Below the pieces are notes generated by a model that saw nothing but the letters and a program-made list of their open reading frames with translations, was not told the DNA's origin and ran no database searches. A program made the translations under genes and the position numbers. Positions 61,675 to 64,000 of a DNA stretch of 64,000 bases are shown here, one piece after another. Within the stretch, counting starts at the first letter, position 1; each line of letters begins with the position of its first letter. Source of the DNA: Bacteroidales bacterium (GTDB taxonomy: Bacteria > Bacteroidota > Bacteroidia > Bacteroidales > F082); contig JAFOBJ010000085.1 in assembly GCA_017381865.1 (NCBI GenBank), forward strand, positions 5,613-69,612. The letters run 5' to 3'.

Positions 61675-63834
61675 ATGAAAAAAATCTTTTTATCATTATT
61701 TATCGTGATGTCGGTTTTTATGAATGTAAGAGCCGATGAAGGAATGTGGATTCCTATGTTGTTGCAAAACAACGAAAAAGAGATGCAAGAAATGGGTATG
61801 AACATCACAGTTGAAGACATCTATTCTATCAATAACAGCAGTATGAAAGACGCTGTCGTCTTATTCGGCGGCGGTTGCACCGGTGAAATCGTCAGCGACA
61901 AAGGTCTCCTTTTCACTAATCATCACTGCGGTTTCGACTGGATTCAACATCACAGCACAGTAGAACACGATTACCTCACCGACGGTTTCTGGGCGATGAG
62001 CTTCGAAGAAGAACTTCCTTGTCCTGGCTTGACAGCTGTTATGTTAAAGAAAATGGAAGACGTCACAGACCGCGTCCTCGCTGGCGTTGAAAAAAGCACA
62101 ACAACAGAAGAAAGAGCTGAAATCGTTAAAAATAACATCGCAAAAATTATAGAAGAGACTTCTGCTACAACAGACTACGAACTTGAAATCAAGTCTTTCT
62201 ATCACGGAAATAAATATTATATGATTTATAACGAGGTATTTAAAGACGTCCGTATGGTCGGTACTCCTCCTTCAAATATCGGTAAGTTCGGCGGCGACAC
62301 CGACAACTGGGTTTGGCCTCGTCACACTGGCGACTTCTCAATCTTCCGTATCTACGTCTCTCCAGAAGGCAAAGCCGTTGAATATAACGAAGATAACGTT
62401 CCTTACAAACCAGCTTATCATTTCCCAATCTCATTGAAAGGCGTTGAAGAAGGCGACTTCACTTTCGTATTCGGTTATCCAGCTCGTACTAACGAATATC
62501 TTCCTTCAGTGGCTGTAAATCAAGAAGCTAACGTCATTTATCCTGTCAGCGTTGACCTTCGCGGCAAGATTCTCGACATCTATAATAAATATCAAGAAAA
62601 AGACCCTAAAGTTAGAATTCAATATGCTTCAAAACATGCTCACCTCGGCAACGGCTGGAAAAAATGGATGGGCGTGATAGAAGGTATCAACAACTTCAAA
62701 GGCGTTGAAAAGAAACACGCTTTCGATAAGGCTTTCACAAAATGGGCTAACTACAGCCGTTCAAGAGGCGCATACCTCGAACTCATCAAAGACTTCAACA
62801 GAGTTTATGCTGAATACGAACCTTATCGCTTGGCAACGACTTACCTCTCAGAGACAGCTCTTCAAATTGAAGTCTTGACATTCGCTGCTAACTTCAACGC
62901 ACTCGCTCAGGTGACAAAAGACACTCCTCAAGAACAAATCGACGCTCTCGTCGCTGAAGCAAGAGAAGCTGCAAAAGTATTTTTTAAAGATTATTATCAA
63001 CCAATAGACCAAGAAGTTGCAGCTATGGTTCTTCAAGAATATATCAACAACCAGCCTGCCGACTTCCGTCCAGAGCTTCTCAACACTATCGTTGAAAAAT
63101 ATGATAACGTTCAAGCTTATGTTGATGAATTGTTTGCAAAGACAATGTTCGCTTCAGAAGAAAATGTTAATAATTTATTAGATAATTTCAAGGCTTCAAA
63201 AGCAAAGAAAATCGCTAAAGACCCAGCATTGATGGCATATAAGAACGTGATGGATTTCTATTTTACAAACGTAAGACCTAATGTTGCTAAGATTAGCAAT
63301 GAAATATCTGAGTTACAAAGAATCTTCATGCGCGGACAAATGGAGTTCCATGCAGAACAAAATCCTGATAAGATGATGTATCCAGATGCTAACTTCTCAT
63401 TACGCGTCACTTACGGTAAGGTAGGCGGTTTCTCACCAAGAGATGCTGTTCATTACAAACACTACACAACATTAGACGGCATCATGCAAAAGGAAAATCC
63501 AGAGATTTACGATTATGTTGTTACAGACCGTTTGCGCGAGCTTTACGAAACAAAAGATTACGGTCGTTATGCTGATAAAGACGGCAGCATGCACGTTGCT
63601 TTCATCGCTGGCAACCACACAACAGGCGGTAACTCAGGCAGTCCAATTTTAAATGCCGACGGTCATCTTCTCGGTCTCAACTTCGACCGCACATGGGAAG
63701 GAACAATGAGCGACTTGATTTATGACCCATCAATCTGTAAAAATATCTCTGTCGACGTTCGTTACGTTTTGTTCATCATCGACAAATACGCTGGCGCAAC
63801 ATGCTTGATTGACGAAATGACAATCGTTGAATAA
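61675..63834 (+). CDS. S46 family dipeptidyl-peptidase (DPP7/DPP11-like)
   Basis: Signal peptide, then ADEGMWIP; TNHHCG (His); GGNSGSP (Ser); 719 aa. Confidence 0.9.
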   Translation: MKKIFLSLFIVMSVFMNVRADEGMWIPMLLQNNEKEMQEMGMNITVEDIYSINNSSMKDAVVLFGGGCTGEIVSDKGLLFTNHHCGFDWIQHHSTVEHDYLTDGFWAMSFEEELPCPGLTAVMLKKMEDVTDRVLAGVEKSTTTEERAEIVKNNIAKIIEETSATTDYELEIKSFYHGNKYYMIYNEVFKDVRMVGTPPSNIGKFGGDTDNWVWPRHTGDFSIFRIYVSPEGKAVEYNEDNVPYKPAYHFPISLKGVEEGDFTFVFGYPARTNEYLPSVAVNQEANVIYPVSVDLRGKILDIYNKYQEKDPKVRIQYASKHAHLGNGWKKWMGVIEGINNFKGVEKKHAFDKAFTKWANYSRSRGAYLELIKDFNRVYAEYEPYRLATTYLSETALQIEVLTFAANFNALAQVTKDTPQEQIDALVAEAREAAKVFFKDYYQPIDQEVAAMVLQEYINNQPADFRPELLNTIVEKYDNVQAYVDELFAKTMFASEENVNNLLDNFKASKAKKIAKDPALMAYKNVMDFYFTNVRPNVAKISNEISELQRIFMRGQMEFHAEQNPDKMMYPDANFSLRVTYGKVGGFSPRDAVHYKHYTTLDGIMQKENPEIYDYVVTDRLRELYETKDYGRYADKDGSMHVAFIAGNHTTGGNSGSPILNADGHLLGLNFDRTWEGTMSDLIYDPSICKNISVDVRYVLFIIDKYAGATCLIDEMTIVE

Positions 63835-63866
63835 TTCATAATTCACAATTCATAATGCATAATTAG
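63832..63866 (+). repeat. 7-nt-period array (TAATTCA TAATTCA CAATTCA TAATGCA TAATTAG)
   Basis: Read directly. Begins at the S46 stop codon and ends at the terminator stem. Confidence 0.9.
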
Positions 63867-63896
63867 GATGTCACTGATGGTGGCATCCTTTTTTTT
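63865..63896 (+). terminator. Rho-independent terminator after the S46 peptidase gene
   Basis: AGGATGTCAC / GTGGCATCCT stem (one G-U pair) followed by T7. Confidence 0.7.
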
Positions 63897-63898
63897 AT

Positions 63899-64000
63899 GA
63901 ACTAAGAACTCTGACTTGTAGTCTCGGAATTTCTTAGACGCCATAGGAGTGACGTCTCTACAAATCCTCATACCCTTAATTCCTCAATTCCAGAATTCCA
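63899..64000 (+). repeat. Composite of short-period words (GAACTAA GAACTCT GACTTGTAG ... TCCTCATA CCCTTAAT TCCTCAAT TCCAGAAT)
   Basis: Read directly. Three of the word families seen elsewhere occur together here. Truncated by the window end. Confidence 0.8.

Noticed and set aside
9262-64000. The short tandem arrays as CRISPR arrays.
   Set aside because: The period is only 7-8 nt with no unique spacers, the arrays are under 50 nt, and there are no cas genes in the window.

Overview
Low-GC chromosomal segment that looks Bacteroidota (Bacteroidales-like). Support: repeated TAnnTTTG -7 promoter boxes, at least six secreted proteins with T9SS C-terminal sorting domains, S46 and C69 peptidases, and no Shine-Dalgarno sequences. 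About 58 protein genes, mostly housekeeping: mnmA, xth, trkA, pgk, ribF, asd, rlmH, recJ, purH, mreBCD, ruvC, rpiB, metG, gmhA, yraN. I found no rRNA, tRNA, CRISPR array or transposase. Items worth a second look: (1) a consensus promoter flanked by a perfect 20-bp inverted repeat, next to a tyrosine recombinase gene (51976-52152). It looks like an invertible phase-variation switch, currently OFF for an uncharacterised membrane-anchored protein, and it sits beside an SPFH/GYF, membrane protein and zinc-ribbon/TPR operon. (2) At the window start, a 35-aa Cys-rich peptide ORF followed by a B12-binding radical SAM enzyme, a candidate RiPP locus cut by the window edge. (3) A roughly 1-kb single-gene insertion (ORF6N DNA-binding domain plus a PLD-like C-terminal region) flanked by perfect 40-bp direct repeats that duplicate the yraN 3' end. 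(4) A dispersed family of 7-8-nt-period degenerate tandem arrays in intergenic DNA, with 14-24-nt exact matches between distant loci and one copy inside a coding region. (5) A 430-bp AT-rich gap with 4-5 copies of TGTTGATAA(C). All product calls come from motif recognition by eye; no database search was run.
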